From Escherichia coli (GTDB lineage: Bacteria > Pseudomonadota > Gammaproteobacteria > Enterobacterales > Enterobacteriaceae): a DNA stretch of 64,000 bases. Every line of letters begins with the position of its first letter. Positions within the stretch are counted from its first letter, which is position 1. Positions 40,552 to 56,615 of the stretch are shown piece after piece. The notes under the pieces were generated by a model. It ran no database searches. It saw nothing but the letters and a program-made list of their open reading frames with translations, and was not told the origin of the DNA. The stretch is taken from assembly GCF_041248615.1 (NCBI RefSeq), contig NZ_CP158426.1. The stretch is one strand, 5' to 3'. The position numbers and the translations under genes were made by a program.

Positions 40552-41406
40552 ATGAAAAAATGGACCCTATTTTTCGCGAGCCTGATGCTGCTTGTCCTGA
40601 ATGTTGTCGGCACACCCAGGAGCTATGCTGGGGATAAACTTATGAGTTCAAGTTTCGACAGTGTGAGAGTTTATTATGCGATGGACACGGTAACAGGGGT
40701 GGCCGCGAGTATCGTTTTCAATGTTACGGTGTTAACACCAGGGGAGGTCGCGTATGGGAAATATAATTCTATTGGGCGTAAAGGAGATACTCTGAGGCTG
40801 ATTTCCTGGACGGGTTCGGGCCCGGCACCAACTCTGGTTATAACGGATTATGATACGATTAATAATTCACATTGCCCCGGTATTGATACGGATCTTTTCC
40901 GTTGTGCATATATGACATTTAAAGTCACCGTTGCATCTGATAATTATGGTTGCCCGTGGATCGCGTCCTTTTATTCATATACAAACTTACCCGGATATTT
41001 TGATGGAAGCTACACGAGCCCGACTGTGCATAACTCAATATGCCCAACGATACCGGTCGCCTCCTATGATATCTCCTGGAGTGAAAATTATGTCAGTCAT
41101 AATAAAGCGCTACAGCTACAGTCCACGGGGTCGACAATTACCACCACGCTTTCGACCTACCTGATGGAAAACGGCAAACTCTGTGACGGCAGCGTTTTTG
41201 ATAGTAGAGGTGCATACTGCCGTGCGGTATCAGAACTGTTAACCTTTACCTCTTATGGCTGCGACAAATCAACGGTAACGGTGACCCCCACACGTCATCC
41301 GGTAACCGATAAAGAGTTACATGATATCGTGGTGAAGGTGAATACCAGCAGTCGGCAACCGATTGATTCTACGTGTCGTTTTCAGTATGTATTGAATGAG
41401 TTATAG
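40552..41406 (+). CDS. yfcO: putative fimbrial tip adhesin-like protein
   Basis: ORF 40537-41406; start placed at MKKWTLFFASLMLLVLNVVG (signal peptide); last gene of the operon. Confidence 0.75.
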   Translation: MKKWTLFFASLMLLVLNVVGTPRSYAGDKLMSSSFDSVRVYYAMDTVTGVAASIVFNVTVLTPGEVAYGKYNSIGRKGDTLRLISWTGSGPAPTLVITDYDTINNSHCPGIDTDLFRCAYMTFKVTVASDNYGCPWIASFYSYTNLPGYFDGSYTSPTVHNSICPTIPVASYDISWSENYVSHNKALQLQSTGSTITTTLSTYLMENGKLCDGSVFDSRGAYCRAVSELLTFTSYGCDKSTVTVTPTRHPVTDKELHDIVVKVNTSSRQPIDSTCRFQYVLNEL

Positions 41407-41419
41407 CTCGTCGTTGTGC

Positions 41420-41520
41420 ACTGATGCCTGATGTGACGCCGACTGAAATGAATCACAATTTATTGAATTATCACATTTTTATCGGCCGGATAAGGCATTC
41501 ACGCCGCATCCGGCATTCGA
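41420..41520. repeat. REP/BIME repetitive extragenic palindromes
   Basis: GCCTGATGTGACGCC and GCCGGATAAGGCATTCACGCCGCATCCGGC. Confidence 0.8.
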
Positions 41521-41529
41521 TGCCAGCAT

Positions 41530-42081
41530 TCACGGTAATTCCGGCGGCAACCACTCATCCACTTCAATCAACACCAGCAATGCCGCATCACCACCGTACT
41601 CTTTTGGTGCCTGGTGAAATGCCATCACATGCGGATGTTGCGCCAGCCACAGCGGCGTTTGCTGCTTCAAAATATGCTTCCCATGACCATGCATCACGCA
41701 GGCACAAAACACATGTTCGCGGCGACAGGCGGCAATCAATGCGCCTAACTCCTGCTTGGCTTGCAGCTGCGTCAAACCGTGCAAATCCAAAAACAGCTCC
41801 GGTGAATAATCGCCACGGCGTAACTTCTTCGCCTCAAAATGGCTTACATCCGGGCGAACATATTTCACCGGACCTTCGGTATTCAATAACGGCTGAAATT
41901 CATCGGAAAAATAATGGCTGGCATCGGCCTGCTCCTGAATCAACCGTTTCACCGGCACTTCGCTGATTTTCTTACGCTGCGGTCGGTGGACAATCGTGTC
42001 CTGCTTAATCTTGCGAGTCCCCGCCATCAACTGGCGAAACAGAGCCTGGTCCTCCTCGCTAAGTGTTGTTTTCTTTTTCAT
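41530..42081 (-). CDS. smrB: Smr-domain ribosome-rescue endonuclease SmrB (183 aa)
   Basis: 183-aa ORF with Smr domain ([15 protein letters not shown]). Confidence 0.9.
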
Positions 42082-42246
42082 TTATCTGTCTCTATTTCTA
42101 ATTTTCCTACAGTTTACCCGACTCGTAGCACAATCGATCGTTTTAAACGTATTTTTCCTCACTCACCGCGCGTGAATGCTGATTTATCGTCATCTTCATG
42201 GCAAACTAGCCGCCGAAATTATTGCGATCATGCCCTGGAGGAATAC

Positions 42247-43179
42247 GTGGATAAAATTTTCGTTGATGAAGCAGTAAATGAGCTGCAAACCATTCAGGAC
42301 ATGTTGCGCTGGTCGGTGAGCCGCTTCAGCGCGGCGAATATCTGGTACGGCCACGGCACTGACAACCCGTGGGATGAAGCCGTGCAACTGGTGTTGCCTT
42401 CACTCTACCTGCCGCTGGATATTCCGGAAGATATGCGCACCGCGCGTCTGACCTCCAGCGAAAAACACCGTATTGTTGAACGCGTGATCCGCCGCGTCAA
42501 TGAACGTATTCCGGTGGCTTACCTGACTAACAAAGCCTGGTTCTGCGGTCATGAATTTTACGTCGATGAACGCGTGCTGGTGCCGCGCTCGCCGATTGGT
42601 GAACTGATCAACAATAAATTTGCCGGACTTATCAGCAAGCAACCGCAGCATATTTTAGATATGTGTACCGGTAGCGGCTGCATCGCCATTGCCTGTGCTT
42701 ATGCCTTCCCGGATGCGGAAGTTGACGCGGTGGATATCTCTCCCGACGCGCTGGCGGTTGCTGAACAGAACATCGAAGAACACGGTCTGATCCACAACGT
42801 CATTCCGATTCGCTCTGATCTGTTCCGTGATTTACCGAAAGTGCAGTACGACCTGATTGTCACTAACCCGCCGTATGTCGATGCGGAAGATATGTCCGAC
42901 CTGCCAAATGAGTACCGTCACGAGCCGGAACTGGGCCTGGCATCTGGCACCGACGGCCTGAAACTGACGCGTCGCATTCTCGGAAACGCGGCAGATTACC
43001 TCGCTGATGATGGCGTGCTGATTTGTGAAGTGGGCAACAGCATGGTACATCTTATGGAACAATATCCGGATGTTCCGTTCACCTGGCTGGAGTTTGATAA
43101 CGGCGGCGATGGTGTGTTTATGCTCACCAAAGAGCAGCTGCTGGCGGCCCGTGAACATTTCGCGATTTATAAAGATTAA
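42247..43179 (+). CDS. prmB: ribosomal protein L3 glutamine N5-methyltransferase PrmB (310 aa, GTG start)
   Basis: GGAGG Shine-Dalgarno then GTG 42247 ([14 protein letters not shown]); SAM-methyltransferase motifs [10 protein letters not shown] and NPPY; the long upstream ORF from 41914 is rejected. Confidence 0.88.
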   Translation: MDKIFVDEAVNELQTIQDMLRWSVSRFSAANIWYGHGTDNPWDEAVQLVLPSLYLPLDIPEDMRTARLTSSEKHRIVERVIRRVNERIPVAYLTNKAWFCGHEFYVDERVLVPRSPIGELINNKFAGLISKQPQHILDMCTGSGCIAIACAYAFPDAEVDAVDISPDALAVAEQNIEEHGLIHNVIPIRSDLFRDLPKVQYDLIVTNPPYVDAEDMSDLPNEYRHEPELGLASGTDGLKLTRRILGNAADYLADDGVLICEVGNSMVHLMEQYPDVPFTWLEFDNGGDGVFMLTKEQLLAAREHFAIYKD

Positions 43180-43213
43180 GTAAACACGCAAACACAACAA
43201 TAACGGAGCCGTG

Positions 43214-44299
43214 ATGGCTGGAAACACAATTGGACAACTCTTTCGCGTAACCACCTTCGGCGAATCGCACGGGCTGGCGCTCGGCTGCATCGTCGATGGT
43301 GTTCCGCCAGGCATTCCGCTGACGGAAGCGGAGCTGCAACATGACCTTGATCGTCGTCGCCCTGGGACATCGCGCTATACCACCCAGCGCCGCGAGCCGG
43401 ATCAGGTCAAAATACTCTCCGGTGTTTTTGAAGGTGTTACTACTGGCACCAGCATTGGCTTGTTGATCGAAAATACCGACCAGCGTTCTCAGGATTACAG
43501 CGCCATTAAAGACGTTTTCCGTCCAGGCCATGCCGATTACACCTACGAACAAAAATACGGTCTGCGCGATTATCGCGGCGGCGGGCGCTCTTCCGCCCGC
43601 GAAACCGCCATGCGCGTGGCGGCAGGGGCGATTGCAAAAAAATATCTCGCCGAGAAATTTGGCATTGAGATTCGCGGCTGCCTGACCCAGATGGGTGACA
43701 TTCCGCTGGAAATCAAAGACTGGTCGCAGGTCGAGCAAAATCCGTTTTTCTGCCCGGACCCGGACAAAATCGACGCGTTAGATGCACTGATGCGCGCGCT
43801 GAAAAAAGAGGGCGACTCCATCGGCGCGAAAGTCACCGTTGTTGCCAGTGGCGTCCCCGCCGGACTTGGCGAGCCGGTCTTTGACCGCCTGGATGCCGAC
43901 ATCGCCCATGCGCTGATGAGCATCAACGCGGTGAAAGGCGTAGAAATTGGTGATGGTTTTGACGTGGTGGCGCTGCGTGGCAGCCAGAACCGCGACGAAA
44001 TCACCAAAGACGGTTTCCAGAGCAACCATGCGGGCGGCATTCTTGGCGGTATCAGCAGCGGGCAGCAAATCATTGCCCATATGGCGCTGAAGCCAACCTC
44101 CAGCATTACCGTGCCAGGGCGTACCATTAACCGCTTTGGCGAAGAAGTTGAGATGATCACCAAAGGCCGTCACGATCCTTGTGTCGGGATCCGAGCGGTG
44201 CCGATCGCAGAAGCGATGCTGGCGATCGTTTTAATGGATCACCTGTTACGGCAGCGGGCGCAAAATGCCGATGTGAAGACTGATATTCCACGCTGGTAA
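43214..44299 (+). CDS. aroC: chorismate synthase AroC (361 aa)
   Basis: [20 protein letters not shown]; start taken as the ATG immediately after an in-frame GTG. Confidence 0.95.
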   Translation: MAGNTIGQLFRVTTFGESHGLALGCIVDGVPPGIPLTEAELQHDLDRRRPGTSRYTTQRREPDQVKILSGVFEGVTTGTSIGLLIENTDQRSQDYSAIKDVFRPGHADYTYEQKYGLRDYRGGGRSSARETAMRVAAGAIAKKYLAEKFGIEIRGCLTQMGDIPLEIKDWSQVEQNPFFCPDPDKIDALDALMRALKKEGDSIGAKVTVVASGVPAGLGEPVFDRLDADIAHALMSINAVKGVEIGDGFDVVALRGSQNRDEITKDGFQSNHAGGILGGISSGQQIIAHMALKPTSSITVPGRTINRFGEEVEMITKGRHDPCVGIRAVPIAEAMLAIVLMDHLLRQRAQNADVKTDIPRW

Positions 44300-44302
44300 A
44301 AA

Positions 44303-45127
44303 ATGAACAAAACCGCGATTGCGCTGCTGGCCCTGCTTGCCAGTAGCGCCAGCCTGGCAGCGACGCCGTGGCAAAAAATAACCCAACCTGTGCCGGGTAG
44401 CGCACAATCGATAGGCAGTTTTTCTAATGGTTGTATCGTCGGCGCTGACACGCTGCCGATACAGTCCGAACATTATCAGGTCATGCGTACCGATCAGCGT
44501 CGCTATTTCGGACATCCGGATCTGGTGATGTTTATCCAGCGTCTGAGTAGCCAGGTGAGCAATCTGGGCTTGGGCACGGTGCTGATTGGCGATATGGGGA
44601 TGCCTGCTGGTGGTCGTTTCAACGGCGGTCACGCCAGCCACCAGACCGGACTGGATGTTGATATCTTCCTGCAACTGCCAAAAACACGCTGGACCTCCGC
44701 GCAGCTCTTGCGCCCGCAAGCGTTAGATTTAGTTTCCCGCGACGGTAAACACGTTGTCCCGACGCTGTGGAAGCCGGAAATTTTCAGCTTGATCAAACTC
44801 GCCGCCCAGGACAAAGACGTCACGCGCATTTTTGTTAATCCGGCGATTAAACAACAACTTTGCCTTGATGCGGGCACCGATCGCGACTGGTTGCGCAAAG
44901 TGCGACCCTGGTTCCAGCATCGCGCGCATATGCATGTACGATTACGTTGTCCTGCCGATAGTCTGGAGTGTGAAGATCAACCTTTACCGCCACCAGGCGA
45001 TGGTTGCGGGGCAGAACTGCAAAGCTGGTTTGAACCTCCAAAACCGGGAACAACAAAGCCTGAGAAGAAGACACCGCCTCCGTTGCCGCCTTCCTGCCAG
45101 GCGCTACTGGATGAGCACGTGATCTAA
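44303..45127 (+). CDS. mepA: penicillin-insensitive murein DD-endopeptidase MepA (274 aa)
   Basis: Signal peptide and LAS metallopeptidase motifs; 3 bp after aroC. Confidence 0.93.
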   Translation: MNKTAIALLALLASSASLAATPWQKITQPVPGSAQSIGSFSNGCIVGADTLPIQSEHYQVMRTDQRRYFGHPDLVMFIQRLSSQVSNLGLGTVLIGDMGMPAGGRFNGGHASHQTGLDVDIFLQLPKTRWTSAQLLRPQALDLVSRDGKHVVPTLWKPEIFSLIKLAAQDKDVTRIFVNPAIKQQLCLDAGTDRDWLRKVRPWFQHRAHMHVRLRCPADSLECEDQPLPPPGDGCGAELQSWFEPPKPGTTKPEKKTPPPLPPSCQALLDEHVI

Positions 45128-45936
45128 TGGAAACGTTTAATAGCCTGTTTATGGTTTCCCCGCTGTTGCTGGGAGTTCTCTTTTTTGTCGCCATGCTGGC
45201 GGGATTTATCGACTCGATTGCCGGTGGCGGTGGGTTACTCACTATTCCGGCATTGATGGCGGCGGGGATGTCTCCCGCTAACGCGCTGGCAACCAATAAA
45301 CTGCAAGCCTGCGGCGGCTCTATTTCCGCCACTATCTACTTTATTCGCCGCAAAGTGGTTAGTTTAAGCGATCAGAAACTCAATATCGCCATGACCTTTG
45401 TCGGCTCAATGAGCGGCGCATTGCTGGTGCAGTATGTTCAGGCTGATGTCTTACGGCAGATTTTGCCCATTCTGGTGATTTGTATCGGCCTCTATTTCTT
45501 GCTGATGCCAAAGCTGGGTGAAGAAGATCGCCAGCGCCGGATGTACGGTTTACCCTTCGCGTTAATTGCCGGTGGCTGCGTCGGTTTTTATGACGGCTTC
45601 TTTGGTCCGGCAGCGGGATCGTTTTACGCGCTGGCCTTTGTTACGCTGTGCGGATTCAACCTCGCCAAAGCCACGGCTCACGCCAAATTACTCAACGCAA
45701 CGTCAAATATCGGCGGTTTACTGCTGTTTATTCTCGGTGGCAAAGTGATTTGGGCGACAGGATTCGTGATGCTGGTGGGGCAGTTCCTCGGCGCGCGCAT
45801 GGGTTCACGACTGGTGTTGAGCAAAGGACAAAAGCTGATCCGCCCGATGATTGTTATTGTCTCAGCGGTGATGAGTGCCAAATTACTTTACGATAGCCAC
45901 GGACAGGAGATCCTCCACTGGTTGGGGATTAACTAA
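45127..45936 (+). CDS. yfcA: TauE/SafE-family inner membrane transporter YfcA (269 aa)
   Basis: Polytopic membrane ORF; TAATG overlap with mepA. Confidence 0.9.
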   Translation: METFNSLFMVSPLLLGVLFFVAMLAGFIDSIAGGGGLLTIPALMAAGMSPANALATNKLQACGGSISATIYFIRRKVVSLSDQKLNIAMTFVGSMSGALLVQYVQADVLRQILPILVICIGLYFLLMPKLGEEDRQRRMYGLPFALIAGGCVGFYDGFFGPAAGSFYALAFVTLCGFNLAKATAHAKLLNATSNIGGLLLFILGGKVIWATGFVMLVGQFLGARMGSRLVLSKGQKLIRPMIVIVSAVMSAKLLYDSHGQEILHWLGIN

Positions 45937-46484
45937 TGAACAGTACACACCACTATGAGCAGTTGATTGAAATTTTTAATAGCTGCTTTGCCGATGATTT
46001 TAATACCCGTCTGATTAAAGGCGACGACGAACCGATCTATCTTCCTGCTGATGCGGAAGTACCGTATAACCGAATCGTCTTTGCTCATGGCTTTTATGCC
46101 AGCGCAATTCATGAGATTTCGCACTGGTGTATTGCCGGGAAAGCGCGCCGTGAGCTGGTTGATTTCGGCTACTGGTATTGCCCGGACGGACGCGATGCCC
46201 AAACGCAAAGCCAGTTTGAAGATGTTGAAGTGAAGCCGCAGGCGTTCGACTGGTTGTTCTGTGTGGCGGCGGGATATCCGTTTAATGTTAGCTGCGACAA
46301 TCTGGAAGGGGATTTCGAACCGGACCGCGTGGTGTTTCAACGGCGGGTACATGCACAGGTGATGGATTATCTGGAAAACGGCATTCCTGAACGCCCGGCA
46401 CGCTTCATTAAAGCATTACAAAATTATTATCACACGCCGGAACTTACGGCGGAACAGTTCCCGTGGCCGGAAGCGCTCAACTAA
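45936..46484 (+). CDS. epmC: elongation factor P hydroxylase EpmC (182 aa)
   Basis: MNSTHHYEQLIEIFNSCFADDFNTRLIKGDDEPIYLPA; TAATG overlap with yfcA. Confidence 0.9.
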   Translation: MNSTHHYEQLIEIFNSCFADDFNTRLIKGDDEPIYLPADAEVPYNRIVFAHGFYASAIHEISHWCIAGKARRELVDFGYWYCPDGRDAQTQSQFEDVEVKPQAFDWLFCVAAGYPFNVSCDNLEGDFEPDRVVFQRRVHAQVMDYLENGIPERPARFIKALQNYYHTPELTAEQFPWPEALN

Positions 46485-46517
46485 AGCCAGCGCCACGTTT
46501 TACAATGAGGAAAGAAG

Positions 46518-46796
46518 ATGATCGCGGAGTTTGAATCACGCATTCTGGCATTAATCGACGGTATGGTTGACCATGCCAGTGATGATGAGTTGTTTGCCAG
46601 TGGGTATTTGCGTGGCCACCTGACATTAGCCATCGCAGAACTGGAAAGTGGTGATGACCACTCCGCCCAGGCGGTACATACGACCGTTAGCCAGAGTCTG
46701 GAAAAAGCCATTGGTGCCGGTGAGTTGTCGCCGCGTGACCAGGCGCTGGTGACCGATATGTGGGAAAACCTGTTTCAGCAGGCGTCACAGCAGTAA
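46518..46796 (+). CDS. yfcL: small cytoplasmic protein YfcL (92 aa)
   Basis: [43 protein letters not shown]. Confidence 0.85.
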
Positions 46797-46802
46797 GTTG
46801 CG

Positions 46803-46903
<101 letters not shown>

Positions 46904-46916
46904 CTGCCAAAGCTGG

Positions 46917-48989
<2,073 letters not shown>

Positions 48990-48998
48990 CTATTAATT

Positions 48999-49034
48999 GG
49001 CTGATCGGACTTGTTCGGCGTACAAGTGTACGCT
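48999..49034. promoter_or_regulatory. fabB promoter operators: FadR site (CTGATCGGACTTGTTCG) next to the FabR palindrome (GCGTACAAGTGTACGCT)
   Basis: GGCTGATCGGACTTGTTCGGCGTACAAGTGTACGCT about 50 bp upstream of the fabB ATG. Confidence 0.7.
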
Positions 49035-49081
49035 ATTGTGCATTCGAAACTTACTCTATGTGCGACTTACAGAGGTATTGA

Positions 49082-50302
49082 ATGAAACGTGCAGTGATTA
49101 CTGGCCTGGGCATTGTTTCCAGCATCGGTAATAACCAGCAGGAAGTCCTGGCATCTCTGCGTGAAGGACGTTCAGGGATCACTTTCTCTCAGGAGCTGAA
49201 GGATTCCGGCATGCGTAGCCACGTCTGGGGCAACGTAAAACTGGATACCACTGGCCTCATTGACCGCAAAGTTGTGCGCTTTATGAGCGACGCATCCATT
49301 TATGCATTCCTTTCTATGGAGCAGGCAATTGCAGATGCTGGCCTCTCCCCGGAAGCTTACCAGAATAACCCGCGCGTTGGCCTGATTGCAGGTTCCGGCG
49401 GCGGTTCCCCGCGTTTTCAGGTGTTCGGCGCTGACGCAATGCGCGGCCCGCGCGGCCTGAAAGCGGTAGGCCCGTATGTGGTCACCAAAGCGATGGCATC
49501 CGGCGTTTCTGCCTGCCTCGCCACGCCGTTTAAGATTCACGGCGTTAACTACTCCATCAGCTCCGCATGTGCGACTTCCGCGCACTGTATCGGTAACGCA
49601 GTAGAGCAGATCCAACTGGGCAAACAGGACATCGTGTTTGCTGGTGGCGGCGAAGAGCTGTGCTGGGAAATGGCTTGTGAATTCGACGCGATGGGTGCGC
49701 TGTCTACCAAATACAACGACACCCCGGAAAAAGCCTCCCGTACTTATGACGCTCACCGAGACGGTTTCGTTATCGCTGGCGGCGGCGGTATGGTGGTGGT
49801 CGAAGAACTGGAACACGCGTTGGCACGTGGTGCTCATATCTACGCTGAAATCGTTGGCTACGGCGCAACGTCTGATGGCGCAGACATGGTTGCTCCGTCT
49901 GGCGAAGGCGCAGTGCGTTGCATGAAGATGGCGATGCACGGTGTTGATACCCCAATCGACTACCTGAACTCCCACGGTACTTCGACTCCGGTTGGCGACG
50001 TGAAAGAGCTGGCGGCTATCCGTGAAGTGTTCGGCGATAAGAGCCCGGCGATTTCTGCAACCAAAGCAATGACCGGTCACTCTCTGGGCGCTGCTGGCGT
50101 ACAGGAAGCTATCTACTCTCTGCTGATGCTGGAACACGGCTTTATCGCCCCGAGCATCAACATTGAAGAGCTGGACGAGCAGGCTGCGGGTCTGAACATC
50201 GTGACCGAAACGACCGATCGCGAACTGACCACCGTTATGTCTAACAGCTTCGGCTTCGGCGGCACCAACGCCACGCTGGTAATGCGCAAGCTGAAAGATT
50301 AA
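49082..50302 (+). CDS. fabB: 3-oxoacyl-ACP synthase I, FabB (406 aa)
   Basis: [22 protein letters not shown]...; active-site Cys in SSACATSAH and C-terminal [10 protein letters not shown]. Confidence 0.97.
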
Positions 50303-50308
50303 TTCGCA

Positions 50309-50380
50309 GTAGGCCGGAGTAGGTCGGATAAGACGCGCCAGCATCGCATCCGACATTACGCGCCAATGCGGCCTCCGGCA
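50309..50380. repeat. REP/BIME elements downstream of fabB
   Basis: GTAGGCCGGAGTAGGTCGGATAAGACGCGCCAGCATCGCATCCGACA and GCGGCCTCCGGCA. Confidence 0.75.
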
Positions 50381-50390
50381 CTAACGCCAA

Positions 50391-50415
50391 AGGGAACCTG
50401 ATGGTTCCCTTTTTC
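50391..50415 (+). terminator. intrinsic terminator (fabB transcript)
   Basis: AGGGAACC-tgat-GGTTCCCT followed by TTTTC. Confidence 0.7.
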
Positions 50416-50573
50416 ACATTATTGACAATCGCCGCCTGTTCCAGGCAAACTTCCCGCTTTGTCGATTTCCTTCTGAAAAGACGTACGCGTTAAATCCTGC
50501 CAACGCACCGTAACCCTGAAACCAGAGAGATGAGACGGGGATACTCCTCGCCTTGCGCTGCATTCTGGAGTAA

Positions 50574-52747
<2,174 letters not shown>

Positions 52748-52845
52748 TACGTATCCTTATACCTGAAATCTTCGCAAGTATGCCTGGCCGCGAGATTATG
52801 GCACACTTGTCCGGTTAACTCTCGTCTCATACAGGTAACACAAAC

Positions 52846-53982
52846 GTGAAAATCCTTGTTGATGAAAATATGCCTTATGCCCGCGACTTATTTAGCCGTT
52901 TGGGTGAGGTGACCGCGGTTCCCGGGCGTCCAATCCCCGTGGCTCAACTGGCAGACGCGGATGCGCTGATGGTGCGTTCGGTCACGAAAGTGAATGAATC
53001 TTTGCTGGCAGGAAAACCCATTAAATTTGTTGGCACTGCCACCGCGGGGACCGACCATGTCGATGAAGCGTGGTTAAAGCAGGCGGGAATTGGTTTTTCC
53101 GCGGCACCTGGCTGTAATGCGATTGCGGTGGTGGAATATGTTTTCTCCTCACTGCTGATGCTTGCCGAACGCGATGGATTTTCACTGCGCGAGCGTACCG
53201 TGGGGATCGTGGGCGTTGGTAACGTTGGTCGGCGTTTACAGGCACGACTGGAAGCGTTAGGGATTAAAACCTTACTTTGCGATCCGCCTCGCGCCGACCG
53301 TGGGGATGAGGGTGATTTCCGCTCGCTGGATGAATTAGTTCAGCATGCGGATATTCTGACTTTCCATACGCCACTCTTTAAAGATGGTCCGTACAAAACG
53401 CTACATCTGGCGGATGAAAAACTGATCCGTAGCCTGAAGCCCGGAGCGATTCTGATTAACGCCTGCCGTGGCGCAGTCGTCGATAATACTGCCCTATTGA
53501 CCTGTCTGAACGAAGGCCAGAAGTTAAGCGTAGTGCTGGATGTCTGGGAAGGCGAACCGGAACTCAACGTGGAATTGCTGAAAAAAGTGGATATCGGCAC
53601 GCCGCATATCGCAGGCTATACCCTGGAAGGTAAAGCACGCGGTACTACGCAAGTGTTTGAAGCCTATAGCAAGTTTATTGGGCATGAACAACACGTTGCG
53701 CTGGATACGTTGCTGCCCGCGCCAGAGTTTGGCCGCATTACGCTGCATGGTCCGCTCGATCAACCGACGCTGAAAAGGCTGGTGCATTTGGTGTATGATG
53801 TGCGCCGCGATGACGCACCGCTGCGTAAAGTCGCCGGAATACCGGGTGAGTTCGATAAGCTGCGCAAAAACTATCTTGAGCGCCGTGAATGGTCATCTCT
53901 GTATGTGATTTGTGATGACGCCAGTGCGGCATCATTGCTGTGTAAACTGGGTTTTAACGCCGTTCATCATCCGGCACGTTAA
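52846..53982 (+). CDS. pdxB: erythronate-4-phosphate dehydrogenase PdxB (378 aa, GTG start)
   Basis: D-2-hydroxyacid dehydrogenase fold with NAD motif GIVGVGNVG. Confidence 0.95.
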   Translation: MKILVDENMPYARDLFSRLGEVTAVPGRPIPVAQLADADALMVRSVTKVNESLLAGKPIKFVGTATAGTDHVDEAWLKQAGIGFSAAPGCNAIAVVEYVFSSLLMLAERDGFSLRERTVGIVGVGNVGRRLQARLEALGIKTLLCDPPRADRGDEGDFRSLDELVQHADILTFHTPLFKDGPYKTLHLADEKLIRSLKPGAILINACRGAVVDNTALLTCLNEGQKLSVVLDVWEGEPELNVELLKKVDIGTPHIAGYTLEGKARGTTQVFEAYSKFIGHEQHVALDTLLPAPEFGRITLHGPLDQPTLKRLVHLVYDVRRDDAPLRKVAGIPGEFDKLRKNYLERREWSSLYVICDDASAASLLCKLGFNAVHHPAR

Positions 53983-54047
53983 TCTCTTCTTCATGCTCTC
54001 TGCTGTAATATTGGCAGGGAGCTTTGCTATTTCTGGAGTAAACCACC

Positions 54048-55061
54048 ATGTCTGAAGGCTGGAACATTGCCGTCCTGGGCGCAACTGGCGCTGTGGGCGA
54101 AGCCCTGCTTGAAACGCTGGCTGAACGTCAGTTCCCGGTTGGGGAAATTTATGCACTGGCACGTAACGAAAGCGCAGGCGAACAACTGCGCTTTGGTGGT
54201 AAGACAATCACCGTGCAGGATGCCGCTGAATTCGACTGGACGCAGGCACAGCTGGCGTTTTTTGTCGCAGGCAAAGAAGCTACCGCTGCCTGGGTTGAAG
54301 AAGCGACCAACTCAGGTTGTCTGGTGATCGACAGCAGCGGATTGTTTGCTCTCGAACCTGACGTACCGCTGGTGGTGCCGGAAGTAAACCCGTTTGTACT
54401 GACCGATTACCGCAACCGGAATGTCATCGCCGTACCGGACAGTCTGACCAGCCAACTGCTGGCGGCACTGAAACCGTTAATCGATCAGGGCGGTTTGTCG
54501 CGTATCAGCGTTACCAGCCTGATTTCAGCCTCCGCCCAGGGCAAAAAAGCGGTCGATGCGTTAGCGGGGCAGAGTGCGAAATTACTCAATGGCATTCCGA
54601 TTGACGAAGAAGATTTCTTCGGGCGTCAGCTGGCATTCAATATGCTGCCGTTACTGCCGGATAGCGAAGGTAGCGTGCGTGAAGAACGTCGTATCGTTGA
54701 CGAAGTACGCAAAATCCTGCAGGACGAAGGGCTGATGATTTCGGCAAGCGTCGTCCAGGCACCGGTATTCTATGGTCATGCCCAGATGGTCAACTTTGAA
54801 GCACTGCGTCCGCTGGCGGCAGAAGAAGCGCGTGATGCGTTTGCTCAGGGCGAAGATATTGTGCTCTCTGAAGAGAACGAATTCCCGACTCAGGTGGGGG
54901 ATGCTTCTGGTACGCCGCATCTTTCCGTTGGCTGCGTACGTAATGACTACGGTATGCCGGAGCAAGTCCAGTTCTGGTCGGTGGCCGATAACGTTCGCTT
55001 TGGCGGCGCGCTGATGGCAGTAAAAATCGCCGAGAAACTGGTGCAGGAGTATCTGTACTAA
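54048..55061 (+). CDS. usg: USG-1 protein (aspartate-semialdehyde dehydrogenase paralogue), 337 aa
   Basis: [24 protein letters not shown]ossmann N-terminus. Confidence 0.9.
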   Translation: MSEGWNIAVLGATGAVGEALLETLAERQFPVGEIYALARNESAGEQLRFGGKTITVQDAAEFDWTQAQLAFFVAGKEATAAWVEEATNSGCLVIDSSGLFALEPDVPLVVPEVNPFVLTDYRNRNVIAVPDSLTSQLLAALKPLIDQGGLSRISVTSLISASAQGKKAVDALAGQSAKLLNGIPIDEEDFFGRQLAFNMLPLLPDSEGSVREERRIVDEVRKILQDEGLMISASVVQAPVFYGHAQMVNFEALRPLAAEEARDAFAQGEDIVLSEENEFPTQVGDASGTPHLSVGCVRNDYGMPEQVQFWSVADNVRFGGALMAVKIAEKLVQEYLY

Positions 55062-55873
55062 TGTCCGACCAGCAACAACCGCCAGTTTATAAAATTGCGC
55101 TGGGCATTGAGTACGACGGCAGTAAGTATTACGGCTGGCAACGGCAGAACGAAGTCCGCAGTGTGCAGGAGAAGCTGGAAAAGGCGCTCTCCCAGGTGGC
55201 GAACGAACCGATCACCGTCTTCTGCGCCGGGCGTACTGACGCAGGTGTACACGGCACCGGGCAGGTTGTGCATTTCGAAACGACCGCGCAGCGCAAAGAC
55301 GCTGCGTGGACGTTGGGCGTAAATGCGAATTTACCTGGTGACATCGCCGTGCGTTGGGTTAAAGCTGTACCTGATGATTTTCATGCCCGATTTAGCGCCA
55401 CGGCTCGCCGTTATCGCTACATCATCTACAATCATCGGCTGCGCCCGGCGGTATTGAGTAAAGGGGTAACCCATTTTTACGAACCGCTGGACGCTGAACG
55501 GATGCATCGGGCTGCGCAATGTTTGCTGGGCGAGAATGATTTCACCTCGTTCCGTGCGGTGCAGTGTCAGTCCCGGACCCCGTGGCGCAACGTTATGCAT
55601 ATTAATGTCACGCGTCACGGTCCTTATGTGGTGGTAGATATCAAAGCGAATGCCTTTGTACATCATATGGTCAGGAATATTGTCGGCAGCCTGATGGAAG
55701 TCGGTGCCCACAACCAGCCGGAGAGCTGGATAGCAGAGTTGCTGGCGGCAAAGGACAGAACGCTGGCGGCAGCAACGGCAAAAGCGGAAGGGCTATATCT
55801 GGTCGCGGTGGATTACCCTGACCGATATGATCTTCCAAAACCGCCAATGGGCCCGCTATTTCTGGCGGACTAA
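55061..55873 (+). CDS. truA: tRNA pseudouridine(38-40) synthase TruA (270 aa)
   Basis: Catalytic Asp context in [24 protein letters not shown] overlap with usg. Confidence 0.95.
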   Translation: MSDQQQPPVYKIALGIEYDGSKYYGWQRQNEVRSVQEKLEKALSQVANEPITVFCAGRTDAGVHGTGQVVHFETTAQRKDAAWTLGVNANLPGDIAVRWVKAVPDDFHARFSATARRYRYIIYNHRLRPAVLSKGVTHFYEPLDAERMHRAAQCLLGENDFTSFRAVQCQSRTPWRNVMHINVTRHGPYVVVDIKANAFVHHMVRNIVGSLMEVGAHNQPESWIAELLAAKDRTLAAATAKAEGLYLVAVDYPDRYDLPKPPMGPLFLAD

Positions 55874-55955
55874 CGAGAATAATGCTCGGAACATTTCAGG
55901 CTGTAGCCAACGTAGTTACAGCCTGATAGATGACGAGTACAAGGCATAGGCAAAT

Positions 55956-56615
55956 ATGGACCTGATTTATTTCCTCATCGATTTTATCCTGCACATTGAC
56001 GTGCATCTGGCAGAACTGGTCGCGGAGTATGGCGTCTGGGTTTATGCCATTTTGTTCTTAATTTTGTTCTGTGAAACCGGTCTGGTGGTAACGCCGTTTT
56101 TACCGGGTGATTCATTGCTGTTTGTTGCCGGTGCGTTGGCATCACTGGAAACCAACGATCTCAACGTCCATATGATGGTGGTGCTGATGCTGATCGCCGC
56201 GATTGTGGGTGACGCGGTGAACTACACCATTGGACGGTTATTTGGTGACAAACTGTTCAGTAATCCGGATTCGAAAATCTTTCGTCGCAGTTATCTTGAT
56301 AAGACTCATCAGTTTTACGAGAAACATGGCGGCAAAACGATTATTCTCGCCCGTTTTGTGCCGATCGTCAGAACGTTCGCGCCGTTCGTTGCGGGAATGG
56401 GCCACATGTCGTATCGTCATTTCGCCGCTTTTAACGTCATCGGCGCGTTGCTATGGGTACTGATTTTTACCTACGCGGGTTATTTCTTCGGAACGCTCCC
56501 CTTCATTCAGAGCAACCTTAAACTGATGATTGTTGGCATTATTTTTGTTTCAATATTGCCAGGTGTTTTCGAATTTATTCGCCACAAACGCGCTGCGGCA
56601 CGCGCCGCAAAATAA
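55956..56615 (+). CDS. dedA: DedA-family inner membrane protein (219 aa)
   Basis: DedA/SNARE-associated fold ORF. Confidence 0.9.
   Translation: MDLIYFLIDFILHIDVHLAELVAEYGVWVYAILFLILFCETGLVVTPFLPGDSLLFVAGALASLETNDLNVHMMVVLMLIAAIVGDAVNYTIGRLFGDKLFSNPDSKIFRRSYLDKTHQFYEKHGGKTIILARFVPIVRTFAPFVAGMGHMSYRHFAAFNVIGALLWVLIFTYAGYFFGTLPFIQSNLKLMIVGIIFVSILPGVFEFIRHKRAAARAAK

Noticed and set aside
41914-42246. Longer prmB start (421 aa) overlapping smrB on the opposite strand
   Set aside because: The methyltransferase begins at the GTG with GGAGG upstream; the extension overlaps divergent smrB and its promoter region.
43570-44163. 197-aa minus-strand ORF (and the overlapping 131-aa ORF)
   Set aside because: Antisense to aroC; Pro/Ser/Arg-rich artefact frame.
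49172-50356. 394-aa minus-strand ORF
   Set aside because: Entirely antisense to fabB, whose identity is unambiguous; Arg/Ala-rich low-complexity translation typical of the reverse frame of a GC-rich gene; no ribosome-binding site.
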